A stretch of DNA of 43,488 nt from a virus (IMGVR_UViG_3300020045_008791:1-43488), one strand, 5' to 3'; positions 16,595 through 28,700 are shown, counted from the stretch's first letter. Notes: generated by a model from the letters alone, not told the origin. A program made the numbers and translations.

Positions 16595-18875
16595 TAAATT
16601 TCAACTTGTAGGAGACGAGCAGCTTCCATTCGGAGGCTATAACTCATGCACCGACAAGACGAAAGTTCCAGTGAACTCCCTTATTCGTGGCTCGTACAAT
16701 GTCTACAAGAAACGTTCAGGCAATTGGGCTAACAGACCCGGATTAAAGAAGCGAGGTTCGGCTGATGATGAGTCAACTGGTATCGTCGCATCTTACGAGT
16801 ATAAGAACTTCTATGGTCAAGAACGTAATTTAAGAGTAAAAGATGAGACATCCGAGGGCGCAGGTGATGCTAAACTTCAAGTAGAATTTGACTCAGCTTG
16901 GTATGATCTCAAGATATTTACTACTCTAGCTAATCCAGCGTTAACAAAGACACGTTTCGGCTTCGCCACGTGGTTCGATAGCAACTTGGATGTTTCTACC
17001 CACCCCTTCTCAGAGTTCAAGGACAGGTTAATTATGGTAAGGGGAAATGCTAAAGAAGTTCTACATTGGAGTGGTGGCATTTCTAAAGTGGGGTCTGTAG
17101 CGACTGTTAACGCAACCGTTCTTACGGTACTGCTTAACGCGGCAGGGTCTGGTTATGTCGCAGGTGATGAACTGACACTGGTTGGCGGAAACAGCGACGC
17201 AAAAATTGTTGTTGTTGCCGTAACAGCTGGTGCTATTACGGCTGGTTACTACATTTCAAGTCGAGGTTCTAATTATGCGGCGGCAAATGGAGTCGCTGTA
17301 ACTGGCGGTACAGGCACTGGTGCAACGTTTGATTTAACTGTGGGTACGTCTTACAACTTGACCAAGGCAGATACCACAACTACTTGGAAACAAGACGGCT
17401 TCGCTGACTATCCAGAGTTCAGGACGAGCAGCATCGTTGGATATCTGAAAGCTTTTGTTGGAAGCACAGAGTTTACATACGTCGGAGGAGCTGAGACGAC
17501 AACCTTAAATGGGATCACAGTGGATATCACAGGCTTCGCAGCAAACGCAATGGTGATGCAGTCAGTCTTTGTCGAGACTGCCACGGATATGTCGGAGGGG
17601 TTCAAGCCGGATTTCATTGAAGGACTTAATAATCAGATCTGTTATGGTTCATATACATCAAGAACGATACATATTGCCGCACTGGATACAACGTATAATT
17701 CGACAACCTCTACATCCGATTTAGGTTTTCTTAATTGCTTGGCTTTATCAACAGATTTAATTGTAGGTGATCCAGATTTTGCTTTGTTAGATGACGTACC
17801 TAATGGTTTTATTTCACGCAAGGGTAGTCTTTATGTGTCGGCCGGTTCAAGTGATTGGTACGAAGTAACTCCGAATACCATTCCAAGTGTCGGCGTGCCT
17901 CTCTATCACGGCCTAGCCACGAGCAAGACCGCCTACGTTGTCACTAAAGTAACTAAGTTCAAGGGTTCTGGACGCTCAGGACTTTATGGACATGAATTTA
18001 TAGATCTGTACGGTGACAATATAATTTATCTGGGTCAGGATCAGCAACTAAGAGCGGTCGGCACATTCTCAAACATCGAGGGCTCGCAATTTCCAGTACT
18101 TTCGCAGGAAGTTTACGAGGAACTTCAAGAGGAAACATTTACGAATGGTCATCTAAAAATCATTGAAGATATCGTTTATATAACAGCCCCAACAACAGGC
18201 AGGCATTGGATGTACCAGTTGAGAAGTCACGTCTCGATAGAGGGAAACTTGTCAGCTGAAAGAACATGGCATCCACCACAGGTATCTGGTATCTCGCGCT
18301 TTGCTGAAATAAGCGGAGTGACTTACGGACACTCATATCTGAACCCGATGATTTATCAGATTTGGGATACAAATCAATGGTTCGATGACGCACCAGATGG
18401 ATCGAGTGAATTAGATTACAACTGTGTTGCTAGATTTGCTTATAATAACCACGGAGCAAGATTTGAATACAAAAACTTTGATAAGTGGGCTATAGAGGGC
18501 TATAGAGCAGATGGGACACAACTCTATGGTAATGTTTACTACGAATATCAAGGGTCTTTGGACACATACGCTGTTGAGGTTGATACTGACGATAGCCCTA
18601 TAACTACCACGTTTTCGGGGTCAAGCGCATCGTCGCTTGGGGGTTCAGCGTTGGGTTCAAATCCATTGGGTTCTGGCCCGATTGAGGAATCTAGTGGACA
18701 GGAACTGTTACCGAAGATTAAAACTGTTATCGGACTACCAGACAAAGAACACGCGTGTACAGAATATGCTTTGGAGTTTTTGAGTAACACAGCGCGTTCA
18801 CGCTGGGAGATCGTGTGTCACGGTGTAAATGCTGAGTTAGCGGAAACCGAGGCAGATGAACTACTAAAAAGATGA
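16587..18875 (+). CDS. Putative tail nozzle / DNA-stabilisation protein
   Basis: PFGGYN...NV...RPGLKK N-terminus typical of P22 gp10/T7 gp12-like propellers; 762 aa; GTG start. Confidence 0.7.
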   Translation: MADKFQLVGDEQLPFGGYNSCTDKTKVPVNSLIRGSYNVYKKRSGNWANRPGLKKRGSADDESTGIVASYEYKNFYGQERNLRVKDETSEGAGDAKLQVEFDSAWYDLKIFTTLANPALTKTRFGFATWFDSNLDVSTHPFSEFKDRLIMVRGNAKEVLHWSGGISKVGSVATVNATVLTVLLNAAGSGYVAGDELTLVGGNSDAKIVVVAVTAGAITAGYYISSRGSNYAAANGVAVTGGTGTGATFDLTVGTSYNLTKADTTTTWKQDGFADYPEFRTSSIVGYLKAFVGSTEFTYVGGAETTTLNGITVDITGFAANAMVMQSVFVETATDMSEGFKPDFIEGLNNQICYGSYTSRTIHIAALDTTYNSTTSTSDLGFLNCLALSTDLIVGDPDFALLDDVPNGFISRKGSLYVSAGSSDWYEVTPNTIPSVGVPLYHGLATSKTAYVVTKVTKFKGSGRSGLYGHEFIDLYGDNIIYLGQDQQLRAVGTFSNIEGSQFPVLSQEVYEELQEETFTNGHLKIIEDIVYITAPTTGRHWMYQLRSHVSIEGNLSAERTWHPPQVSGISRFAEISGVTYGHSYLNPMIYQIWDTNQWFDDAPDGSSELDYNCVARFAYNNHGARFEYKNFDKWAIEGYRADGTQLYGNVYYEYQGSLDTYAVEVDTDDSPITTTFSGSSASSLGGSALGSNPLGSGPIEESSGQELLPKIKTVIGLPDKEHACTEYALEFLSNTARSRWEIVCHGVNAELAETEADELLKR

Positions 18876-18876
18876 C

Positions 18877-18914
18877 TTATCAACATATTATCAACAGGTG
18901 TATAAAGGTATAAT
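18877..18914 (+). promoter_or_regulatory. Promoter with tandem DnaA-box-like repeats
   Basis: TTATCAACA at 18877 and 18888 (11-nt period); TATAAT at 18909, 9 nt before ATG. Confidence 0.45.
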
Positions 18915-18923
18915 TAAAAAAAC

Positions 18924-20627
18924 ATGAAGCGCTCTATTTTTAACAAAGGATTCTTACTGGCAACGATTGCCATAGCGTTAGCCGCTGTTTCTGCGGTTGT
19001 GGCATTAAATCTAAACCTGAGATTTGCTCAGATTAGATCCTCTAGTTCCAGTACAGATGGGAAAGTGGATACATTGATTTCTCGATTGATAGATCTCGAA
19101 GGGGAGGTGGAGAATGTCGAGGGTATGTCTGAGTTAGTTGACTTGGCACTAGGCTCGTACCAACCGAGTGGTGGAAATGTATACAAGCTAGCGAATTCCG
19201 TAACTCCAAGTCAGGCTACAATAACCCTCACATCGTTCAAGGAGCCGATTTCGGAAATAAAGTATACGATGTCCATTTTGGGTTCAACTATCCAATATGG
19301 AACTCTTGATCCAAGAAATCCGAATAAATCTGAGTTTGTCTCATTCACTGGGATAACTCAAAATGCGGACGGTACGGCTACACTTACGGGTGTTGTTCGT
19401 GGGCTACCCAGATCAAACGTGGTAACAGGAGGCTGTACAGCATCTACGACATTACAGTTATCACACGGTGGACAATCTGAATTTATACTCTCAAATCATC
19501 CGTGTCAGCTCGCAGAATATCCACTCAAGAATTTTGACGATACGATTACGGGTTATTGGAATATTCCAACGCCACTTTCTAACTTAAATCCCGTAACAAA
19601 AGCTTATGTTGATTCTTTGGTTAACGGAGGTGCTGTATCGAATGCACGTGTAACTGTTCCGGGTACTGCTGGAGAAACTGTGGCAACTGGAACAATTGTT
19701 TATCTAAAGACATCCGATGGATTGTGGTACAAGGCTGGAACAGGTATTGCCGAGGCAAGTTCGACACCCCTTGGTATATCCCAAGGAAATGGAACTGTTG
19801 GAGTCGCTATCGCTGACGGTGTCCTAGTTGGTGGATTGGATCTTGGACAAAGCGGTCTTACAATCGGCGCAAACTACTTTTTGGGAGCTACGGCTGGCAC
19901 ACTAAGCACAGCGACATCAACACGCGAGATTGGTAAAGCAAGAAGTGCAACTACACTTTATGTAGATTTTGGTTATAACGCACCGAGACTTCTTGGAGCG
20001 AATACTTATCTTGGTTCAAACGTATTTGCGACATCGACAGCATCATCAACGATAATCGGAGCATTCCCGGCTTGGAATATCGGTAAGTATACACAGGTCA
20101 TAACTACAACTGGCACGAGTACGTTCAGTGTTCCGTCAGGTATAACCAGAGTCCGTGTCACCCTCTGTGGAGGCGGTGGAGGAAGCGGAGAATCAACTGG
20201 GAACGGGCCAACGGGAGGTGCTGGCGGTTGTGCTATCAAAGGGGTTGAAGTATCTGGAACGTCAACCATCACAGTATTTGTGGGCAGTGGTGGCGCGGGT
20301 GGATCTGGTGGTGGCCCCGGCCCCGGTGGAACTGGCACTTGGACTACATTTGGTGTCAACGGCTACTACTTTCACGCAACAGGTGGTTCGGGCGGCACTG
20401 GCGGTACTGGTGCTGGAGGTGCTGGCGGAACAGGGGTAAACGGAGAGATAAACTTCACGGGCGGGGCAGGTGCAGGAGGGTTCTCAGCAACAGGGTTAGC
20501 AGGTACTGGTGGTCAACAGGGAGGAGGAAATATGTTTGGTGACGGAAGCTACGGAGCAGGAGGCGACGGAATCTTAAATAACAACGGAAACGCGGGTAAT
20601 CAAGGAGTAATAATCATACAGTGGTAA
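18924..20627 (+). CDS. Tail fibre-like protein with N-terminal TM helix and Gly-rich C-domain
   Basis: LTGVVRGL, PVTKAYVD, AGETVATG...WYKA, FSVPSGITRVRVTLCGGGGG...GVIIIQW. Confidence 0.7.
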   Translation: MKRSIFNKGFLLATIAIALAAVSAVVALNLNLRFAQIRSSSSSTDGKVDTLISRLIDLEGEVENVEGMSELVDLALGSYQPSGGNVYKLANSVTPSQATITLTSFKEPISEIKYTMSILGSTIQYGTLDPRNPNKSEFVSFTGITQNADGTATLTGVVRGLPRSNVVTGGCTASTTLQLSHGGQSEFILSNHPCQLAEYPLKNFDDTITGYWNIPTPLSNLNPVTKAYVDSLVNGGAVSNARVTVPGTAGETVATGTIVYLKTSDGLWYKAGTGIAEASSTPLGISQGNGTVGVAIADGVLVGGLDLGQSGLTIGANYFLGATAGTLSTATSTREIGKARSATTLYVDFGYNAPRLLGANTYLGSNVFATSTASSTIIGAFPAWNIGKYTQVITTTGTSTFSVPSGITRVRVTLCGGGGGSGESTGNGPTGGAGGCAIKGVEVSGTSTITVFVGSGGAGGSGGGPGPGGTGTWTTFGVNGYYFHATGGSGGTGGTGAGGAGGTGVNGEINFTGGAGAGGFSATGLAGTGGQQGGGNMFGDGSYGAGGDGILNNNGNAGNQGVIIIQW

Positions 20628-20631
20628 TAAC

Positions 20632-22476
20632 ATGCCGACTCTAATCAACGGAAGAATACAATATGGAGCAGGAGAAGCATTACCCATTCAGGGTACTGCG
20701 GAGTACGGTATTGCTCAGTCTGACCCGCAATACCTCATGGATTTCAAACAGCAAAATCAAGGTGCAGCTTTTGATGACCTAGACTTACAGGGTTACAATG
20801 ATCTTCAGGAAGAAGAAAGTCCTGTGCCTGTTCTTTCAAGTACATCTGGGAAAACTGCACTGAATGAATACACAACCCAACATAAAAATGATTTGGCTCA
20901 AGGGGAAGCATCGACTAGTACAAAAGGTGTAGCGAAGAATCAACCATACGATCAGACCAAAGACCCAAAGGGTGGAATGCAAAGGGTCTTTAATTCGAAA
21001 ACGGGTCACTCAACATTTGTAGCTCAAGGTGCTCAATTAGGCCCAGATTGGCTAACGGCCGAGGAAGCAGCTGCTACAGGTATTCAAATTCCTCAAGAGC
21101 AAACTGATGACACGGGAACGCCAGACTATTCTCAGGATGAACGAACAATCGAAGAATCGTTTGCACCTCAATTTGCTAAATATGATAAGGCGTACGCAAA
21201 ACTGGCTGAGACAACTAAGGAATTGTTCGCTCAAAGAAAATTAGACGAACAGCAGGCAGCAGGTAGGACGAAAAATGCAACGGCACGATATTTGAAGTCT
21301 GCTGGTTTCGGCGGCGCGGGTGTTCAAGGTGTTCTAAGTTCCATTGAAAGAGAAGGATTGGATCGGGTCAAAAAGCTGTCCCTTGAAGAGGCATCGCTTT
21401 TGGCAGATGCGGAAGTTGCACTTGCTGACAAAAATTATGCGGTTTTTGCTGATATGAGAAAGGAGATAGCTGCTACCAGAAAAGAGAGAATAGATGCTAC
21501 CAAGGAAGTAATGAAAGAGGCTCTGAAAATACAAGAGGAACAAAAGAAAGAATTACAGGCTGAAAAGAAGTCAATCAATGATGTTCTTCTTGATGCGGCT
21601 AAGAATAATGCACCTATCGAGATTCAGAATGCCATTAGCCAAGCACAGTCTCTACCAGACGCTGTAGCGGCAGCGGGCGGGTGGTTGCAAGGTGGGTCAG
21701 GTATTGTCGGTGAGTACACGACTTACAAGCGTGATGCTGAATTACGCGGACTTACTCCGATGTCATTTGACGAATATCAGACTAGGGATGCAAATAGGAA
21801 AGTATCACTGGCGAGAGCTGCTATAAATGCGGGAGGACTTACACCTCAAGAGAATTCAACATATCTTACAATCACGAATAAATATCAGGCTGATGCGGTA
21901 ATAAATGCTGCAATCAAGGCAGGACAAATAAACACCTTAGCAGATCAGATTATTGCAGATCCAAAGAGTGCAACTAATCAACTTGCATCACTTTATATCT
22001 TTGTTAAGAATCTTGATCCAGAGTCGGCAGTTCGAGAAGGAGAATTGTCTCTAGCTAACCAGACGCAGAGTTATCTGGACAAGTTTTCTAATTCCATGAC
22101 TCGACTAGCTGAGGGTCGTGTTTTAGCTCCTGAAGCAGCAAAAGAATTGGCCTTGGCAACTAAGAAGCTTGTGGCTACATGGGAAGCTACAGCACAGAAA
22201 AAGACTAAACTTTATAAGTCACAGGCTGGTAACTCAAGTCCTAATGTGGGGACTGCTTTTAACAAGTACCTTTCAGACAGTGAATTCATGTCAGATGTCG
22301 GCACTGAGAATCTTGAAACTCAGGAGGACGCTTTTGCGCAATTAGAGACGTTCAAAGACATGAATCCTGACAAGGTGACTGAAATTGGATCTAGGATCAG
22401 TCAAATGGAATCAACCCTTGGTCGCCCTATCTCAGCGGAGGAATTTTTACAAGCATTCCCTGAATACACTCCATAA
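20632..22476 (+). CDS. Putative internal virion (ejection) protein
   Basis: 614 aa, helical/coiled coil; KNLDPESAVREGE motif; position after tail genes. Confidence 0.6.
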   Translation: MPTLINGRIQYGAGEALPIQGTAEYGIAQSDPQYLMDFKQQNQGAAFDDLDLQGYNDLQEEESPVPVLSSTSGKTALNEYTTQHKNDLAQGEASTSTKGVAKNQPYDQTKDPKGGMQRVFNSKTGHSTFVAQGAQLGPDWLTAEEAAATGIQIPQEQTDDTGTPDYSQDERTIEESFAPQFAKYDKAYAKLAETTKELFAQRKLDEQQAAGRTKNATARYLKSAGFGGAGVQGVLSSIEREGLDRVKKLSLEEASLLADAEVALADKNYAVFADMRKEIAATRKERIDATKEVMKEALKIQEEQKKELQAEKKSINDVLLDAAKNNAPIEIQNAISQAQSLPDAVAAAGGWLQGGSGIVGEYTTYKRDAELRGLTPMSFDEYQTRDANRKVSLARAAINAGGLTPQENSTYLTITNKYQADAVINAAIKAGQINTLADQIIADPKSATNQLASLYIFVKNLDPESAVREGELSLANQTQSYLDKFSNSMTRLAEGRVLAPEAAKELALATKKLVATWEATAQKKTKLYKSQAGNSSPNVGTAFNKYLSDSEFMSDVGTENLETQEDAFAQLETFKDMNPDKVTEIGSRISQMESTLGRPISAEEFLQAFPEYTP

Positions 22477-22477
22477 C

Positions 22478-24835
22478 ATGCTCACGCCGGAAGAAATAGC
22501 AAAAGTGAGGCAATCGTCAGGGGCAAGTCCCCTAGCAACTGGTCAAACACAAAACCAGTCTCTTTCAGCTCGATTAGGCATTCCAACTGCAAAACCCGAA
22601 CAGCCAAAAGACTTACTAGGTAAAGCGGCGGGAGTAGCAGAGAAGGTTCTTTCATTCACAGGCGGCAACAAGATTGCCGAGGCTCTTGGAGCACAGATGG
22701 CCAAATCAGTTAATCCAGATCAAGCGAAATATATAACCGCTCCAACAGGAAAAGAAGTTGTGGGTGATATAGTGCGAACAGCCGTAAACTTTACCCCACT
22801 AGGCAGGATCGCTAAGGGTTTTTCCTTGGGTGCAAAAGCCTTAGGACTTGGCAGTAAGGTGTCGAAGGTTTTAGGCAATGTCGGAGCAGGTGCAGCAACG
22901 GGTTATACATTCGATGTTGGCACTGGACTAGCTGAAGGCGAAGGTATTGAGGCGTTAAAACCCGGTATAGGAACGGGGATAGGCGCTGCTGTTCCATTGG
23001 CAGGGCCGGTAATAAAAGGTGTATCCAGAGTAGCCGGGGAATTTTTTGGAATTAGTACAGGGGCAGGATTTGGTAACGTCAAAAAGGGTTTTGAATCAAT
23101 GATGGCTGGCGGTGAGAAATCGGCAAGTTTTAGAGCGGGGATAACAGGTAAGACTTCTTCAGAATCTTTAGTTCAAGAAGCCAAAGACGCATTTCAGGTA
23201 ATTAAAACAAAAAGGAGAAACAATTATATAACTAGTATGAAGAATGTTAAGGAGTTTACGCAACCGTTAAGCATTTCTCCAATTGTCAGCGAAGTCGGAG
23301 ACCAACTCAAAAAGTTTAATGTCTTTGTAAAAGGAGATGGGGCACTTGATTTTTCACGATCAGCGATTCGTTTTGATAAACCGGCTCAAGACACCATTGA
23401 ACAAATTGTAAATACGATGAAAGGCTTTGGAACGAGAAAAGGGGATCGAACAGTTGTCGGTGTTGATTTACTGAAACAGGCGCTTGACGATCTCTACACG
23501 CCGTCTTCCAAGGTTCGATCATTCGTTCAGGCGGTCAAAGACACCGCTCGTTCGGTTGCGAATAAAGTACCGGGATATGAAGAAATGTCCAAGAACTATA
23601 ATGAAGCAAGTAACCTTATAAGGGATATATCCAAGGGTCTATCATTGGGGGATAAGGCTAGTGTTGATACCGCCTTCAGAAAACTGACATCGGCACTGAG
23701 ACAAAATAATGAGATGCGACGAAAGTTCGTGGCCGAATTGGATGAAGCGGCCGGTGGTGCATTAAGTTCTAAAATTGCTGGTCAACAACTTTCCGCTTTG
23801 TTACCAAGAGGCCTCGCGGGCGTACTTTCTGGCGTAGGTGGCGCAGCAAGTATTGGTTTGGGTGTAGCCGTTCTACCACTACTCAAGGTTGCAGCACTCA
23901 CGTCTCCTCGTCTCATTGGAGAGTTGGTGTCAGTCCTAGGCTTTACAGGACGAGTGGCAAAAAATCTCACGAGAGAAATTGAGACTAAATTCGGTAAGCT
24001 GAAATTCCCCGGTGATGCGATTATGGATAGGGTTGAGAAAACTCCTAGTAAACAAGGAGGCTTTGTATCTTTGGGCAAGGGTGAATCATTTGAAGACGCT
24101 GTTGCTCGTGACATTGATAACTTGATTGATAAGGCTGAAGCCAGCCTAAAAGACTTGGATACACTTTCATATCTTGAAGACATGAAAAAGAAGGTATCTA
24201 AGAAGGGATCTAAACTTACAGATGAAGAAAAGAGACTTTATAACATTACGGCTAAGGGACTGGGAATGAAGGAATTAGCTATTGAGAGTAAAGCAGGTTC
24301 TTTCAAGCAGAATTCTACAACTGGAAAGATGGAGGGATCTGTGGGCAGTGTGTCTAAAGAACTAGAATCTCTGGCAGAAGAAGCTAGGAAGTATAAGAGT
24401 GCGGAGGAGTTTGTGAAGGCACAAGGAGAACCTGTTTACCGTGGCGGGCTTGCAATCGACAAATCGCAGGTTTCCGATATGGGTATTTCGGTTGCTAAAG
24501 ATAAGGTAACTGCCGATGCATATGCTGGAAGTGATATTATTAAAGGCGGAGACAAGGGAAACATCACAGGAGGAGCAGTCCACAAGCTTTATATTAACCC
24601 TAACGCGAAAATACTCAATGCAAAGGACGCACCGAAAGACTTGGTAGATTTCTATTTGAAAGAGGGTCGGGTTACAGGTAGAGAGAAGATTGTTGATTAC
24701 GCAAAGCAGAACGGATATGACGGGGTTGATTTTTCAAAGTTTTCAGACCCAGAGACACGGGTCTTCAATCCCGATATCCTTAAAACCAAATCCCAACTCA
24801 CCGACTTCTACAACAAAGTAAAAGGTAAAAAGTAA
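22478..24835 (+). CDS. Putative ejection protein with C-terminal ART-PolyVal-like domain
   Basis: Start moved to ATG 22478; Gly/Ala-rich helices; EARKYKSAEEFV...VYRG...ADAYA...GYDGV...ETRVF...KTKSQL. Confidence 0.65.
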   Translation: MLTPEEIAKVRQSSGASPLATGQTQNQSLSARLGIPTAKPEQPKDLLGKAAGVAEKVLSFTGGNKIAEALGAQMAKSVNPDQAKYITAPTGKEVVGDIVRTAVNFTPLGRIAKGFSLGAKALGLGSKVSKVLGNVGAGAATGYTFDVGTGLAEGEGIEALKPGIGTGIGAAVPLAGPVIKGVSRVAGEFFGISTGAGFGNVKKGFESMMAGGEKSASFRAGITGKTSSESLVQEAKDAFQVIKTKRRNNYITSMKNVKEFTQPLSISPIVSEVGDQLKKFNVFVKGDGALDFSRSAIRFDKPAQDTIEQIVNTMKGFGTRKGDRTVVGVDLLKQALDDLYTPSSKVRSFVQAVKDTARSVANKVPGYEEMSKNYNEASNLIRDISKGLSLGDKASVDTAFRKLTSALRQNNEMRRKFVAELDEAAGGALSSKIAGQQLSALLPRGLAGVLSGVGGAASIGLGVAVLPLLKVAALTSPRLIGELVSVLGFTGRVAKNLTREIETKFGKLKFPGDAIMDRVEKTPSKQGGFVSLGKGESFEDAVARDIDNLIDKAEASLKDLDTLSYLEDMKKKVSKKGSKLTDEEKRLYNITAKGLGMKELAIESKAGSFKQNSTTGKMEGSVGSVSKELESLAEEARKYKSAEEFVKAQGEPVYRGGLAIDKSQVSDMGISVAKDKVTADAYAGSDIIKGGDKGNITGGAVHKLYINPNAKILNAKDAPKDLVDFYLKEGRVTGREKIVDYAKQNGYDGVDFSKFSDPETRVFNPDILKTKSQLTDFYNKVKGKK

Positions 24836-25701
24836 TGCTCACACCTCAACAAAAACTAAATCTGTTCAGAAAAGCTGGAGATAATCCCGGTGCGGCTTTT
24901 CTTGAGGCTCTCGAACTTATGAGTAAGCAGATGGAAATTAGAGTTGATGCGGCTGTAAAAGATGCAAGACAAGAAGTTGAAGAAAAACTCCTAAAAATTG
25001 AGGGTAGTCTCAGTAAGAAGGTGCCAGACTTAGTAGAAGTATTAGACTCAATAAAAGGTATGGACGGAGATGATGCTGACCCAGAGGAAGTGGCTAAAAT
25101 ATTGTTAGAGACACCCGAATTTATCCAATTAACTAAAGGAGAAAAAGGAGATACGATTAAGGGTGATACTTACGTCCTCACTGAGGAAGATAAACAAAAG
25201 ATTGCTAGTGCGACTGCTCCCGTTGCTGCCAGTCTCGTCGAAATACCTCAAGTTGTACATACTAAAACTGTTGTTGAAAAACCAATAGTCACTCAGATCA
25301 TAAAAGAGAAAGCTGTAACTGATAAGCCGATTGAAATTGCAAGTAAGCTTAATACTCTCACCGAAAAGGTCGAGAAGAATGTTATTATTGGTCTTACGGA
25401 TGAAATCAAGAAAATCTGGGCTGAGATAAGAGAATCGAGAAGGATTAAAAAAGGTGGAGGATCAGGCGGCGGTGGTATGGGTAATATACAACACGAAGAA
25501 TTTTCAACATCCTCAGCTACAACAACAGTTACGACAGCTTACAAAGTAGCCGGAAATGGCACAGCTCTTTGGGTTTATTACAATGGTCAGTTCTTAATGA
25601 AGGGAACACACTACACTGTATCGGCCGCGTCTAAGACCATTACGTTTCTGTTCACATTACAGGACAGCACCAAAATTTCAGTAACTTACATCAGAGGATA
25701 A
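24835..25701 (+). CDS. Virion-associated protein
   Basis: Coiled coil, short GxxG repeats, Gly linker and C-terminal VYYNGQ...GTHYTVS beta domain. Confidence 0.6.
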   Translation: MLTPQQKLNLFRKAGDNPGAAFLEALELMSKQMEIRVDAAVKDARQEVEEKLLKIEGSLSKKVPDLVEVLDSIKGMDGDDADPEEVAKILLETPEFIQLTKGEKGDTIKGDTYVLTEEDKQKIASATAPVAASLVEIPQVVHTKTVVEKPIVTQIIKEKAVTDKPIEIASKLNTLTEKVEKNVIIGLTDEIKKIWAEIRESRRIKKGGGSGGGGMGNIQHEEFSTSSATTTVTTAYKVAGNGTALWVYYNGQFLMKGTHYTVSAASKTITFLFTLQDSTKISVTYIRG

Positions 25702-25702
25702 T

Positions 25703-28700
25703 ATGAAAAAATATCTTTACATCTTGGCTATCATAGTAACGACCTTACTAGGAGTTTCTTATGCTAATGCTCAATATGTACTTCAAGGCCCTCAAGGTGG
25801 AACTGGTATAGGATCTGGCACAGCCGGAGATGTTGGCAAGTGCCTAAAAATTCTCTCAGTAGGGCCATTGGTCTGGAATGTTGGAACTTGTGCAGCCGGG
25901 GGAGGTGGTAGTGGAGGAACGTGGGCGACATCGAGCTCTCCAGTAGCAGGACAAAATTTCAACTATCCTATCGAAAACGATGATATTGTCCTTATAGGGA
26001 ATACATCTTCTACGACTGCTCCTTATTGGTTTGACCCGAATACTCTTGATGCGTTTTTGACAGGTTTTCGTGCGACTAGATCAACAACCACGGGTGCAAC
26101 GTCTACCACAATCTTCTCAACACTAGGCAGATTCGATAACCTAGTCTTAACTAATGCGTTGTCTATCCTTTACGGAGGTACAGGACTCACTTCTGTGAGT
26201 GCGTCTTCAACGGTCATGCAGTCAAACGGTACAGCTATTGTCTATCAAAAGTTATCACCGGGAAACTTTACTACTTCTAATGTGTCTCAATGGACAAACG
26301 ACTCTGGTTACGAGTCAGGCCTTACTGCTGGTGATGGACTCACACGAACGGTAAATGATTTTGATTGCGACACGGCAGACACGTCAACTTTTGGCTGTTT
26401 AACAGATATAGATTGGGATACGTTCAACAACAAAGTCCCGACTTCAATTACCCTCACGGCCGGTAACGGATTGACAGGTGGTGGCGATTTATCTGCTAAC
26501 CGAACTTTCACGGTGGGGGCTGGTACGGGTATTACAGTAAATGGAGACGATGTTGCTCTTACAATTCCAGTGGTGATTTCTAGTGGCGGTACAAATGCAA
26601 CGTCGTTTGGAATACTACAGACTCCTATTGTTTTTGACGGTACACGACTGGTTGCCACGACAAGTATAGGAATATCAGATTATTTTATTGCTACGACTAC
26701 TGCTACATCTAGTCTGCCAAGAGTCAGTTCGACTGGCCTCTCAACAACGTGGTTGTGTCTAACAGGAGATATATGTAGGACTACTTGGCCTACGGGTGGT
26801 GGTGCCGCTTTTCCATTTGACCCTGTAGCCAGTGGTAATGCAACCAACACGCTTCTGTATCTCTACAACGGAGTGTATGCCACCGGGTCTTCTACTCTCC
26901 AGTACGCATCAACAACTGTAACGTCCGCAACAACTTTCTGTTTTACTGGAGATGGATGTCGTACCACATGGCCTAGTGGAGGTGCTGGAGCGTACCCATT
27001 CACGCCAACTACAAATTATAATGCCGCAACCAATGCCACAACTGGCGTAGTTTGGTTCCAAAATGGATTGCAAGCGTCAACTACCTCGCAGATACAAAAT
27101 GCCTCTACAACAGGCATATCAGCCGCATTCATTTGCTTTACGGCTGATACTTGTCGAACCACGTGGCCTTCAGGGAGTGGATCTGGTTACACCTTTTATG
27201 ATAACGAGGATGTGGCAGGAACTATAAATGGTAGTAACGTCGCATTTACTATCGGTACAGCTCCAAACCCAGCGGCTGACTTAAAGCTTTTCTTAGGTAA
27301 TATCCTTCAGGTTCAGGGGATTGATTACACTCTTTCTGGTACAAATATAACCTACACAGTAGCACCGCCAATAGAACTTGCTGGATTACCGCACAAGGCA
27401 TTTTATAGAACAGCCGTAGGGGCAGGAGGTAGTTGGGCATATCCATTTATAGCCGATACTAATTATGGTGCTGGAACAAACTCCACTACGAGCGTACTTT
27501 GGTTTAAGAATGGGATACAGGCCTCAACCACATCACAGATTGCATATGCTTCAACCACTCAAGTGTCCGCAAATTCAATCTGTTTTAATAGTGATACTTG
27601 TCGAACCACGTGGCCAACAGGTGGTGGTTTCTGGCCGTTTACCGTTACAGATACGAATTATAATGTAGCTGTCCAATCTACCACCACACCTGAATGGTTT
27701 AAGAACGGTTTAATGGCATCAACTACTTCATACTTTGTTTATGCGTCAACAACCGCGTTAACAGCGGCATCGGCTAATATTCTACGACTAGATAACTTGT
27801 CGTCCGCAGGTTTTGTTAAAAGTTCAGCTAACGGAACGCTGTCGGTAGATACCAGTACATATTTGACAGGAAACCAGACTATAACCCTCACGGGTGACGT
27901 GACTGGATCGGGGGCTACTTCAATTTCGACTACCTATAACAATACTGTGCCAATTGCCAAAGGTGGTACAAATGCAACGGCGTTTGATGCACCACAAACG
28001 ATGATTACCTTTGATGGTACAAAACTCGTCTCAACGTCTAGTATTGGGTACTTTGATTATATAAATGCTACTACGACGGCTACGTCTACGTTACCTCGGC
28101 TATCTTCTACGGGACTTTCAACTACATGGCTATGTCTTACCGGCGATTCATGCAGGACGACATGGCCGTCAGCTGGTGCTGGTTCATATCCATTTAGTCC
28201 AACAACCAACTATGCAGTTAACACAAATGCTACCACTGGAGTAGTGTGGTTTCAGAACGGGTTGCAGGCATCAACTACCTCACATTTCGTCTACGCTTCA
28301 ACTACGGCTCTGTCAGCTGTAAGTATTTGTCTAACCAGCGACACGTGTCGAACCACGTGGCCTTCAGGAGGTTCAGGTACATATCCATTTTCTCCAACCA
28401 CGAATTATAACGTAGCAACTAACGCAACTACGGGAGTAGTCTGGTTTCAGAATGGATTACAGGCCTCTACTACATCGCAAATCGCTTACGCATCAACAAC
28501 AGCTCTGTCAGCTACTTCCATCTGTCTAACAGGAGACAATTGCCGCACCACATGGCCTGTTGGTAGAGGTGGTTCACCTATAAGTGGAACAACAACACCA
28601 GTTACGATAACGGCATCTACAGTTGATACATTGCAGCCTCATAATTATTTGTCTACAACTACCGATCCCTATCTTGTGTTTAATAGTAGTCCGCCAGCAG

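Noticed and set aside
22385-22477. N-terminal extension of the 816-aa ORF
   Set aside because: It overlaps the upstream gene; ATG 22478 follows the upstream stop by 1 nt.
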